Part shown: one piece after another, positions 52,518 to 61,708 of the stretch
Layout: the number at the start of each line of letters is the position of its first letter
How positions within the stretch are numbered: the stretch's first letter is position 1
Origin: an uncultured Verrucomicrobiae bacterium
Lineage (GTDB): Bacteria > Verrucomicrobiota > Verrucomicrobiia > Chthoniobacterales > JAFAMB01
Assembly: GCA_963813025.1 (NCBI GenBank)
Contig: CAWEXO010000011.1
Span: 32,001 to 96,000, forward strand
Reading direction: 5' to 3'
DNA length: 64,000 nucleotides
Notes under the pieces: generated by a model
The model's database searches: none
What the model was told of the DNA's origin: nothing
The model's input: the letters and a program-made list of their open reading frames with translations, nothing else
Translations under genes and position numbers: made by a program

Positions 52518-52631
52518 GGACTTGCTATACGAAAATTTAGCCGAGCTTCAGCGAGGACTCGTTTGAGCCGGACGCCGCGGTTGCCACCATCCAACCCGGC
52601 TCAAACAAGAAATCAAAGTCCGACACGTCCC

Positions 52632-53225
52632 TCAGGCCGGAGGAGCGGTGAAGGCTTTCTCTTTCCGCTCGCAACGTCCGCGTTCGCGGAGATCGATGCA
52701 GGAGGCCTCAATCCGGACGTTCAGTTTCACTGGGATAAAGCCAAAGCTGTTCGCGATAAATCGTTCGCGCAGGGTGACACATTGATCGTGCACCTGGACA
52801 ACTTGCCGGCAATCGGTGCAGATGATGTGGAAAGCGGCCGGCGATTGTTCGCGGTTCACTTCGTAATATCGATGCTCGCGGTTGAGCTCAATCTCACGGA
52901 TCAGCTGACTGTTCAAGAGCATCGGCAGCGTCCGATAAACCGTCGCCAGCGAAGTCAGCCGGTCAAGTTGCCGAGCTTTGGCCAAAAGGTCCTCGGCGTT
53001 AAAAGGCGCGTCGAAGGCAATGGCAGCGCGCACAATGACCTCGCGCGGTTTCGTCACTCGGAAACCGCTGGCCCGCAAGTACTCCAGCGCCTCGCAGAAG
53101 AGATCGTCGGGAAGCTTAGTCGTCTTCTGGTGGACTAATGCGCCGACATGTGCCGGGCGACGTTTCGCAGCAAAACTCCACGGAGAAATCTGATGTAGCG
53201 CACACTCGGTACGTTCAAATGCCAC
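52632..53225 (-). CDS. Fur family transcriptional regulator
   Basis: GFRVTKPR, SLATVYRTL, HIICTDC, distal C..C-like motif; start uncertain. Confidence 0.85.
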   Translation of the reverse strand: MAFERTECALHQISPWSFAAKRRPAHVGALVHQKTTKLPDDLFCEALEYLRASGFRVTKPREVIVRAAIAFDAPFNAEDLLAKARQLDRLTSLATVYRTLPMLLNSQLIREIELNREHRYYEVNREQSPAAFHIICTDCRQVVQVHDQCVTLRERFIANSFGFIPVKLNVRIEASCIDLRERGRCERKEKAFTAPPA

Positions 53226-53297
53226 GCGCGGCCTCCGGCAGTTCGGTTAACACCTAGCACGGTGAATCCAAATGGCGGGCGAGTCAATCGTCCCAAT

Positions 53298-54677
53298 TTA
53301 CTTCAGCTTGATATGGCGGCGGAGGAAGGTTGGCACGTCGAGATCCTGACCATCGATGATAGTTGGTTCACTCTTCTCAAAGCGCCCACGGGAGACGGGT
53401 TCAAACTGCAAAGTCTCCTGCTTTGGTTCGGGCTTTTTCGGAATGGGCGGTTTTGCTACTTCCGGTCGGGCGACAGCTTTCGGCGCGACTGCCCGTTCCG
53501 GTTCAGCGAGCGCAAGCACTCCTTCGATAGGCTTCGAAGGAGCGGGCGGAGCAGGTGCCTCGGTATTTGCCCGGATCTCGACCGCGGGAATCGAATTCAC
53601 CGAGGGCTCGGACCGGAGCGGTCCAAGCGCTGGACGATTCTCTTCGGCTGAACTTGGTTCGGGCAACGCCGCTCGAGCCGGTGGAAGCGGTTTTTCGGAG
53701 TCATCTCCCAGAGAACTTAAAATACTGACGGCCAGCCGTCCTCCCATGCGGGGATCCACGGCAATACCCATGAACAGATGGGTGGCATCGTTGATATGCC
53801 TGTTGAGCTCCTCCATGATGATTTGCACCTCTCCCAGGGTCACATTCGTGCCGCCGCGAATGTGGATAATGGCGTGAAAGGTGTTCTCGAGAAGCTCTCC
53901 GCGGTTCATGAGTGGATTCTTTAAGGCTTTCGCCAATGCCTCATGCGCCCGATTCTCGCCATCGGCGTCTCCGTAGCCAAAGAGCGCGCGCGCATCCCCA
54001 CGCCGGAGGACAGCGGCAACATCGTCGAAACCAATCTTGAGCAAACCAGGCCGCTGCAACAGGCCGGCGAGGGAACGAATGCTTTGGCTGATCGTAAGAT
54101 CGGCCGCGGCAAAGGCTTCATGCACACCCATTCGAGGCAAAGCGATTTCTGCCATTCGATCGTTTTCAAAGCAAACGACCGCATCGCACACCGAGCGCAG
54201 TTCGCGTAAGCCGGCCTCGGCTTGCGCGCAGCGCCGCCGGCCCTCAAATCCGAACGGCAAGGCCGCGAATGCCAGGACGAGCGCGTTTTCTTCACGGGCT
54301 AATCGCGCGACAAAGGGACCTGCACCTGAGCCAGTGCCGCCACCCAGGCCGATACAGAGGAAAATGGCCGTAGCGCCCCGCAGAACCGAGCGAATTTCGT
54401 CGCTGGCCTCATCCGCAGCGGCCAAGCCCATTTCGGGATCTCCTCCGGCCCCGAGTCCGCGCGTGAGGTTGCGCCCAAGTTGTACCTTTTGCGCGGCAAC
54501 CGACGCAGCCAAGGACTGTACATCGGTGTTAATCGCGACCATCTCCACCCCGTCGACACCGTCCAGCATCACCCGATCAAGCACGTTTGACCCTGCGCCG
54601 CCGATTCCGATGACTTTGATTGTCACTGAGCTATCCAGGCTGTCGCCCCGCTCGTACTGCCGATTTAGTTGCACCAT
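53298..54677 (-). CDS. ftsZ: Cell division protein FtsZ
   Basis: IKVIGIGGAG, NTD, GLGAGG, GLGGGTGSG, PF.FEG, C-terminal LDVPTFLR. Confidence 0.96.
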   Translation of the reverse strand: MVQLNRQYERGDSLDSSVTIKVIGIGGAGSNVLDRVMLDGVDGVEMVAINTDVQSLAASVAAQKVQLGRNLTRGLGAGGDPEMGLAAADEASDEIRSVLRGATAIFLCIGLGGGTGSGAGPFVARLAREENALVLAFAALPFGFEGRRRCAQAEAGLRELRSVCDAVVCFENDRMAEIALPRMGVHEAFAAADLTISQSIRSLAGLLQRPGLLKIGFDDVAAVLRRGDARALFGYGDADGENRAHEALAKALKNPLMNRGELLENTFHAIIHIRGGTNVTLGEVQIIMEELNRHINDATHLFMGIAVDPRMGGRLAVSILSSLGDDSEKPLPPARAALPEPSSAEENRPALGPLRSEPSVNSIPAVEIRANTEAPAPPAPSKPIEGVLALAEPERAVAPKAVARPEVAKPPIPKKPEPKQETLQFEPVSRGRFEKSEPTIIDGQDLDVPTFLRRHIKLK

Positions 54678-54684
54678 AGGTCAG

Positions 54685-55902
54685 TCAGTTTCGAAAAATT
54701 CCGCTAAGCTTTTGGAATGTGCGTCGGATCAAGCCGGCGGAAGAGGGTCGATCCAGCTGAACCAGATGCGCATAGCGCACCAGCCCCAGCGCGGTTGCAT
54801 ATTGAGGATTTTCAAAGGCAGATGTCACGCCGGCGATTGGTATCGGGCGCGCAATGCGCACCGGCAGTTCAAAGATTTCTGCGGCCAAGTGTTCCAGTCC
54901 GCGGATCTGGCTGCATCCCCCCGTGATAAACAAGCCTGCCCCAACGTAGTGCAGATTATGTTCGCTCTCGGTCTGGCGTTTGATGATCTCCAGAATTTCC
55001 CGAAGCCGCGCATGAATAATCTGATTCAGCAACTCCCGCTCGATTTCGCGGCCTGCGAATCCGGTTTCATCTTTCAATAAAATAGTTTCGCCCGGGAACG
55101 CCGTTCCTAACGTGGCGCTGCCCTCATCGATCTTGAGTTTCTCGGCCCTGGTCGTGGGTATCTTTAAGCCAATGGAGATATCGTTCGTGATGTGGTCGCC
55201 CCCAACCGCGACCACGCCGCTTTGCTTTACGGCGCCATCGACATAGACCAGGTAATCGGTTGTCCCGCCGCCGATGTCGATCACCAGCGCACCCAACTGT
55301 TTCTCATTCTTATCGAGCACCGCTTGTGCGGTCGCGAAAGAATTGATGACGACGTCCGCCGGTTCCAGCTCCAGCTCCTTGACGCAACGAATCGCATTTT
55401 GCACCCGGGTGCGAATCCCATAGACAATGTGGAAGTCCGCTTCCAACCGCTTTCCCAATAGGCCCACTGGGTTCAGCACTCCGTCCTGCCCGTCGACAAA
55501 ATAATGTTGAATGATCGTATGCAGAATACAATCCTCCGCCGGCAGGCTGACTTCCCGAGCGTTGGTCCGAACATCTTCGAGATCCTGTTCGTCGATCTCC
55601 TCCCGCCCTTCCTCCAGCAAGATTTGGCCCCGATTGTTAAAACTTCGGATATGACCGCCGGTGATGCCCAGATATACTTCGCTGATTTCAACGTCACTTT
55701 TTTCTTCGGCATCGACCACCGCGTCGTGCACGCAACGGCGGGCGGTATCAAAATCAACAATCTCGCCCTTACGGACCCCCCGGGAAGGAGCGCTGCCTAC
55801 CCCGAGCACCTTCAGCGAACCGTCGTGCTTGGCTTCCGCGACCACGACACATATCTTAAAAGTTCCGATCTCCAGGCCGACAAAGATATTTTCTTTACCC
55901 AT
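54685..55902 (-). CDS. ftsA: Cell division protein FtsA
   Basis: VGLEIGT.KI, GVRKGEI, IDIGGGTT, VGGDHITNDI, ITGG, ATALGL. Confidence 0.96.
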   Translation of the reverse strand: MGKENIFVGLEIGTFKICVVVAEAKHDGSLKVLGVGSAPSRGVRKGEIVDFDTARRCVHDAVVDAEEKSDVEISEVYLGITGGHIRSFNNRGQILLEEGREEIDEQDLEDVRTNAREVSLPAEDCILHTIIQHYFVDGQDGVLNPVGLLGKRLEADFHIVYGIRTRVQNAIRCVKELELEPADVVINSFATAQAVLDKNEKQLGALVIDIGGGTTDYLVYVDGAVKQSGVVAVGGDHITNDISIGLKIPTTRAEKLKIDEGSATLGTAFPGETILLKDETGFAGREIERELLNQIIHARLREILEIIKRQTESEHNLHYVGAGLFITGGCSQIRGLEHLAAEIFELPVRIARPIPIAGVTSAFENPQYATALGLVRYAHLVQLDRPSSAGLIRRTFQKLSGIFRN

Positions 55903-57010
55903 TGGCTCGAGCTTTCTCCACCGGCAACGCCCGGCGAACACGGGGTGGTCGGGTCCGCGGCGGTTTGGCTGGTTCCGCCTTCCTTTCCTCTTTCTGGTCG
56001 CCTACGGGAGCTACCGTTTTTGCCGCTTCTTCGGAGTTATCGACAGGCAAGCCCGGGCTCGCGACTGGCTCGGCGGCCTGCACGAAGGTGACTGGAATGT
56101 TGCGCTCGGGCATTAAGTTAACTGACTGCAGTTCCTTGCCGTTGTGTTCGCAATAGTTCAGGATCGGCTCGAGCCGGTGCAACTGCTCCTCGATCTGGTC
56201 AGGACGAAACGTTATGCTCGTGTGTTGTTTGTCCGTCGCAACCAGGGCGTAGGCCTTAGAAACGTCGATCGTCTGGAATTGAAGCCGGCCCGGCAGAATC
56301 TCGGAGGAGGCACGCAATATTTCCAAGGCCGCCTTTACTTCATCGGCCTCGACCGGCTTCCCCGGAAGGCAGCCGGTCACGTTAGCTCCAATGATCAAGG
56401 GCAACGTAAGGTATTCCGGCACCAAGGTTTTGGTCTTCAAGAGAATCCCGCGTCGATCGACGAGATAAGCATTATTGAAATTGAACGAACCGGCGCTTGC
56501 TTCCGGCATCAGCCACGCAACTGGCCGCCGCTCGCGAATCGAGATTACGACCTTATCTGGAAGGACGCGCTCGATACGGCTTTCCTCGACTTGCGGAAGC
56601 CTGCCTAACTTTTCCTGAATTTGTGGCAGGTTGACCGAAAAAATGTTAACTCCTTCATTCAATTTCGCCGCCTGCAAAACTGCGTCACGAGTTAGTTTAC
56701 CGTCGACGCTCACCTCAATGTTTTTGACCGCATAATCCGGGTTGGCGAAAAAAAGCGCATTCAGGGCGTTCTTGGCTCCGAAGACAACGGCGCCCACACC
56801 TGCGCCAAGGAGAATGAACAAACAAAATCCAAAGAACATCTTCTGGGTTCGTTTCGCCGAAGCTTTCCGGGCGCGAACCTTGACATCGAGAAGATGTTGC
56901 TGACGCCGTTGCCGTGAGGTCGACAGGCGTCGATTTTGTCGCCGCGTTGTTTTCTTCGCTATCACTACCTTTACTTCTCTTGCGTGCCTACTCCGCTGCG
57001 CATCTCTCAT
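55895..57010 (-). CDS. ftsQ: Cell division protein FtsQ/DivIB
   Basis: Basic N-tail, single TM, POTRA (LPQV..IERVLPD..ISIRERRPVA); position before ftsA; start uncertain. Confidence 0.85.
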   Translation of the reverse strand: MRDAQRSRHAREVKVVIAKKTTRRQNRRLSTSRQRRQQHLLDVKVRARKASAKRTQKMFFGFCLFILLGAGVGAVVFGAKNALNALFFANPDYAVKNIEVSVDGKLTRDAVLQAAKLNEGVNIFSVNLPQIQEKLGRLPQVEESRIERVLPDKVVISIRERRPVAWLMPEASAGSFNFNNAYLVDRRGILLKTKTLVPEYLTLPLIIGANVTGCLPGKPVEADEVKAALEILRASSEILPGRLQFQTIDVSKAYALVATDKQHTSITFRPDQIEEQLHRLEPILNYCEHNGKELQSVNLMPERNIPVTFVQAAEPVASPGLPVDNSEEAAKTVAPVGDQKEERKAEPAKPPRTRPPRVRRALPVEKARANG

Positions 57011-57122
57011 CGGCTACGCAGGGAACCCTTGCGCGTGCCCGAGGACACCGCCGACTCTCGTCGCTATAACAGAGACCCACCGGATATCCAAGCCTTGATC
57101 GCGTATTTTCCCGCCAACCGCT

Positions 57123-59429
57123 TCAAACTATCTCGTCCGTTCCCACAATCTGAACTTCTGTCTCCAACCGAATGCCGCGGCTTCGTTTGGCGACATCCTG
57201 GATCTCGGAGATTAAATTCAGAATGTCCTGTGCCCTGGCTCCTCCATCATTGACGATAAAGTTACCGTGGACTTCCGATATTCGCGCCAAACCGACCGAG
57301 CGGTTTTTCAGGCCTAGTTCCTGGACGAGACGTCCGGCTGGGCATTCAGCGGGATTCTTAAAAATGCAACCGGCGCTCGCGGCGACAGGTTGGGTCGCTT
57401 TGCGGTGCGCCATCGACTCAGCGAGCAGCCGGTCAATCTCCCGCCGATCGACCGGGACACCGGTAAACGTAGCCGCCACCGCAAACTGCTCCCGGAGCGT
57501 CGGAACGTTCCGATAATGAATCGTCATCTGAGCTGGAGTAAGCGTCTCAAATTCGCCTTTGGCGTTCACCACTTGCACCTCCACAACCTGACCGAACGTC
57601 TCTCGCCCCATGGCTCCGGCATTCATGCGCAAGCTTCCACCAACATTGCCGGGAATACCCTCCATCCACTCAAATCCGCCAAGCCCGGCTGACGTGGCCA
57701 GGGCGGCCAATTGCTTGAGGCGCACACCGGCACCGGCTCGAATACGGTTTCCCTCTACGATCGCTTCGCTGAAGTGACCCCGATTGAGATGAATGACGAC
57801 ACCGGCAATCCCCCCGTCGCGCACCAGCAAGTTCGAACCCCGGCCAACAAAGAAAACCGGCAACCGATTCGCGGAACAATACGCCAGGACGTTTGCTAAT
57901 CCGCCGCGGGTCTCGGGTTCCAGCCAAAACCGCGCGGGTCCGCCGACCCGTAAGGTCGTATGCTTGGAAAGCGGTTCATAAAGGCGCAGCTCGCCCCGGC
58001 CCATGTTCTCCTGGAGTTCCGCGGCAATTTGGAAATCCGCCGCCAGCCGGGCTGCTTCTTCGTGGACGTCACCGGCTCCCAGGCTCAACAGGAGATCACC
58101 CGGGCGAACAATCCGCCCAACTTCACTATGCAGCAGCTCGCGTCGAGCGACGTACGATACCGCCGGATGCTGAGCTGTCTTCACCGCTTGCACGATGATG
58201 TTACCATCGACTCCCGGGATCGGCTGTTCACCAGCGGAATAAACATCGGTGATGTAAACCACGTCCGCCAGGTTAAACGCCTCTCCAAACTGTTCCCGCA
58301 GCGCCTGGGTACGACTGTACCGGTGCGGTTGAAACATCACCACTACCCGGTTGCGTTGCATTGCTCGGGCGGTGGTCAGAGTCGCCCGAATCTCCGTCGG
58401 GTGATGCCCGTAATCATCGACCACCAAAAAGTCCGATGCGCAATAGCGCACCTCGAATCTTCGACGTGCTCCGCGAAACGTCTCGAGTCCGTAAGCGATC
58501 TTCGAAAACTGGATTTCGAGCCGGTCCGCCAGAGCGATCACCGAAAGCGCATTGCTGACATTGTGAACTCCCGGCACTCCAAGACGGACTCTGCCGAGAC
58601 ATTCGCCGCTTCGGCGGTACACTTCGAATTCCGATGCCGCAGTGTCGGCGGTCATCATTTGAAAATGATAGTCGGCCTCCTGGTTACAACCAAATGACAC
58701 GGTGTTGGGAAGACCTCCGCAAATCCGCGTCGAGTGGACATCATCGGCGCAGTAGAAGATCGTGTTGCGGGTTTGCGCGATGAGCTGACAGAATACCCTT
58801 TCGATTGCAGCCAGATCCTCGTAGTAATCGAGATGTTCTTCCTCGATGTTGAGAATGATGGCGTATTCCGGACAGTAGTTCCGCAAGCTACCGTCACTTT
58901 CGTCGCCTTCCGCGACGAACAGTTCGCTCGCTGCTTCCCAGTGTGCATTTGTCCCCAGCAGCGGGATCTCTGCTCCCACGTAGTGGGATGGTTTTGCTCC
59001 ACCCACCCGTAGAACATGAGCCGCCATGGCCGCCGTGGTGGTCTTTCCGTGCATGCCGGCGATGACAACGCCCTTTTTCGTCGACATGACTGCCGCCAGC
59101 GCTTCCGCTCTCCGGATCATCGGCAGACCCAGGCGCTCTGCTTCGTCGTAGGCTGGATTGCCGGATCTGATGGCGGACGAGTAGATAACAACCTCCGCGG
59201 TTCGAACAGTTTCCGCAGTCTGCGGTAGATAAAAGGTCAATCCCATTTGCTCAAGGCGGCGGGTCTCGAGCGTACTGACCCGATCGGATCCGCTGACCTG
59301 GTGACCCAGCTCGAGGAGCAATCCTGCGATGCCGCTCATACCGGAACCGGCAACACCTATCAGGTGGACTCGCCGCGGAACGCCCAGTAGCAGTTTGGTC
59401 GCGCTTATCATTCCGTCGGGTATCATCAT
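57123..59429 (-). CDS. murC: Fused MurC-MurB (UDP-MurNAc-L-Ala ligase / UDP-MurNAc dehydrogenase)
   Basis: GVAGSGMSG, GMHGKTTT, EGDESD, DDYGHHPTE, then HTTLRVGGPA, GSNLL, GIPG.VGG..MNAG, SAGCIFKNP, HGNF in one ORF; ATGA overlap with murG. Confidence 0.93.
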   Translation of the reverse strand: MMIPDGMISATKLLLGVPRRVHLIGVAGSGMSGIAGLLLELGHQVSGSDRVSTLETRRLEQMGLTFYLPQTAETVRTAEVVIYSSAIRSGNPAYDEAERLGLPMIRRAEALAAVMSTKKGVVIAGMHGKTTTAAMAAHVLRVGGAKPSHYVGAEIPLLGTNAHWEAASELFVAEGDESDGSLRNYCPEYAIILNIEEEHLDYYEDLAAIERVFCQLIAQTRNTIFYCADDVHSTRICGGLPNTVSFGCNQEADYHFQMMTADTAASEFEVYRRSGECLGRVRLGVPGVHNVSNALSVIALADRLEIQFSKIAYGLETFRGARRRFEVRYCASDFLVVDDYGHHPTEIRATLTTARAMQRNRVVVMFQPHRYSRTQALREQFGEAFNLADVVYITDVYSAGEQPIPGVDGNIIVQAVKTAQHPAVSYVARRELLHSEVGRIVRPGDLLLSLGAGDVHEEAARLAADFQIAAELQENMGRGELRLYEPLSKHTTLRVGGPARFWLEPETRGGLANVLAYCSANRLPVFFVGRGSNLLVRDGGIAGVVIHLNRGHFSEAIVEGNRIRAGAGVRLKQLAALATSAGLGGFEWMEGIPGNVGGSLRMNAGAMGRETFGQVVEVQVVNAKGEFETLTPAQMTIHYRNVPTLREQFAVAATFTGVPVDRREIDRLLAESMAHRKATQPVAASAGCIFKNPAECPAGRLVQELGLKNRSVGLARISEVHGNFIVNDGGARAQDILNLISEIQDVAKRSRGIRLETEVQIVGTDEIV

Positions 59430-60508
59430 CGACTTTGGCAAATTACTTCCGCGATCCGAGCAGCGGCGTCCGCCGGAGCAAGCACGCGCATGCGTTCGCG
59501 CATCGTCTCTCTTCGGCCCGAATCATTCAGGATGGCCTGGATGCTGCCCGCCAGCGCCCCTCCGTTTACGCGCGACTCCTCTATTACCTCGGCGGCGCCT
59601 CCGCGCGCAAATATTTCCGCATTGAGCAGTTGATGGTTCTCGGCAGCAAAAGGATACGGGATGAGAATACTTGGGACTCCAAAATAAGAAATCTCAGTCA
59701 GACTTGCTGCGCCCGAACGAGCAATCGCGAGATCGGCGACCGAGTAGACTTCCTCCATCCGATGGTAAAAAGCGGAAACATACGCCGGTAAACCGTCCCG
59801 GCGATACTGATCTCGCACAGCGGCTTCATCCTCCTTGCCGGTAAGGTGAACAAATTGAACCGGCCAGCCCAGGAACCGGGGTAGCAGCTGGAGGACAGCC
59901 TGATTTAGCGCATGAGCACCCTGGCTGCCGCCCATCACCAGGACCGTCTGAAGGTTTGGTTTGAGATTCAAAGAAGCGAGACTAGCGCTGCGATCCAGCG
60001 GCCGACGTAACGAACTGCGAATCGGCGTGCCAGTAATTTCGACCGCCGCCTCTGGAAAATGTTTGGCGCACTCAGCAAAGCCGAGGAGGACCCGATCGCA
60101 GAACTGCGCATTTAACCGATTCGCTTTTCCCGGTATCGCATTTGATTCGTGCAGATAGGTGCGCAGCCGGAGTAGCCGGCCAGCGATAATCGGACCGGTG
60201 GACGTAAATCCGCCCATCCCCAGAACAGCCTGAGGACGGAATTTCCGAAACAGAGCCCGGCAGCGAGCGAGTCCGTGCAGGAATTTTCCAGCGAAGCTGA
60301 CCACCTGCAGCGAATTCCAGCGAGGCAGCCCAACCGCCGGGATTTTGTCGATCTGAAATTCCGGCCAGGCGCGCACGGCGGTGGCGTCGATCTCCCTCTC
60401 AGAAATCAATACCAAGACTTGATGCCCCTGGGCGCGCAAAGTTTCCGCTACTGCCAACCCGGGAAACAAATGGCCTCCCGTTCCTCCGCAAGCAATGGCG
60501 ACATTCAT
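59426..60508 (-). CDS. murG: MurG N-acetylglucosaminyl transferase
   Basis: GGTGGHLFP, HESNAIPG.AN, GGSQGA, RSGA.SLTE, HQ..NA. Confidence 0.96.
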   Translation of the reverse strand: MNVAIACGGTGGHLFPGLAVAETLRAQGHQVLVLISEREIDATAVRAWPEFQIDKIPAVGLPRWNSLQVVSFAGKFLHGLARCRALFRKFRPQAVLGMGGFTSTGPIIAGRLLRLRTYLHESNAIPGKANRLNAQFCDRVLLGFAECAKHFPEAAVEITGTPIRSSLRRPLDRSASLASLNLKPNLQTVLVMGGSQGAHALNQAVLQLLPRFLGWPVQFVHLTGKEDEAAVRDQYRRDGLPAYVSAFYHRMEEVYSVADLAIARSGAASLTEISYFGVPSILIPYPFAAENHQLLNAEIFARGGAAEVIEESRVNGGALAGSIQAILNDSGRRETMRERMRVLAPADAAARIAEVICQSR

Positions 60509-60533
60509 TCGGCTTCCTGCTCACTCGGACGTC

Positions 60534-61679
60534 TCAGATGCGTGAGAGATGTCTCACGCGAACCATCATTTGATTCTGCCCTCCGGGCTTCTCCTCTTTG
60601 CCCTGGCGATAGATATTAATGAGGACACCGATACACATGAGGCAGAAAAACAGGTTCGACCCGCCATAGCTGATAAAAGGCAACGGGAGCCCTTTGTTGG
60701 GCAGGAGCGAAGTTGTCACTCCAATATTAATCGCCGCCTGCAAACCAATGATGGATGTACAGCCAAAACCCAGCAGCAGACCGAATCGATCCTTGGCGTT
60801 GAGCGCGATCAATGTGCCAGCCGTGAGTACCAGCAGATAACAAAAGACGATTATCAAGGTAACCCGCAAGCCAAGTTCCTCACCAACAACTGGAAAAATA
60901 AAGTCGGTGTGCGCATAAGGAAGATAGAGCATTTTTTGCCGGCCGTTTCCAAGACCGAGACCCTCAATACCGCCTGAGCCGAATGCAATCAGACCCATCA
61001 ACTGCTGGTGACCTTCTGTCTCCTGGTATCGCTCCGGGTTCAGAAACGCGAGCAACCGGCCTTGTCGTTGCGAGATATGCCAGGCAAGCAGCAGAATTCC
61101 GCCAACTCCTGAGCAGACCAGCGGCCCAAGGAAGCGCAGACTCGATCCACCGACGAACATCATGAGAAAGACCGTCCCTCCGATCAAGAGAGTGGTCCCG
61201 AGATCTGTCTCCATAATGATCAAGGTCAGGACTGCGCCCACCGTCGCCAGCGGATACAAAAATCCTTTGAGTAATTGGTTACGCTCGGTCTCGAACCGGG
61301 AGAACCACCAGGCGACGAAAACGACTATCGCAAATTTGGCCAGCTCCGATGGTTGAAAAGTAACCGGCCCCGCATGAACCCAGCGCCATGACCCATTGAT
61401 CCGCATGCCAATGGGTCGAACAAAACACAGGCTCAGAAAGATGACGGCAGCGAGCAGCCAGATTATCCAGGTCCGTTGCCAGAAATGATAATCGAGAATC
61501 GCGCAAACGACCGCGTTGAGAAAACCGATGACCAACCAGAAACTCTGTTTCTTCAGGAAACTGAATTCATCACCATGGCTATCTGGCGCATACGCGCCTG
61601 TGCTGAACAGCATGACAATCCCGATCGTAACCAGCGTTGCTACCGCAAGGACGAGAAGATAGGCGCTGTGTTTACGCAT
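60534..61679 (-). CDS. ftsW: SEDS peptidoglycan polymerase FtsW
   Basis: FQPSELAK, DLG, LPYAHTDFIF, LLPNKGLPLPFISYGGS. Confidence 0.95.
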   Translation of the reverse strand: MRKHSAYLLVLAVATLVTIGIVMLFSTGAYAPDSHGDEFSFLKKQSFWLVIGFLNAVVCAILDYHFWQRTWIIWLLAAVIFLSLCFVRPIGMRINGSWRWVHAGPVTFQPSELAKFAIVVFVAWWFSRFETERNQLLKGFLYPLATVGAVLTLIIMETDLGTTLLIGGTVFLMMFVGGSSLRFLGPLVCSGVGGILLLAWHISQRQGRLLAFLNPERYQETEGHQQLMGLIAFGSGGIEGLGLGNGRQKMLYLPYAHTDFIFPVVGEELGLRVTLIIVFCYLLVLTAGTLIALNAKDRFGLLLGFGCTSIIGLQAAINIGVTTSLLPNKGLPLPFISYGGSNLFFCLMCIGVLINIYRQGKEEKPGGQNQMMVRVRHLSRI

Positions 61680-61708
61680 TGCTTTCGGTGTTCAAGGACT
61701 CTAGTGCA

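Larger units (their letters stand above)
50846..52530 (-). mobile_element. IS110-family insertion sequence, copy 2 (1685 bp)
   Basis: Splits ggtagggc|gaaaatttagccgagc; near-identical to copy 1 (two substitutions noticed). Confidence 0.95.

Noticed and set aside
24075..52632. CRISPR array from the recurring palindromic repeats
   Set aside because: Copies are dispersed and inverted rather than regularly spaced direct repeats; no cas genes
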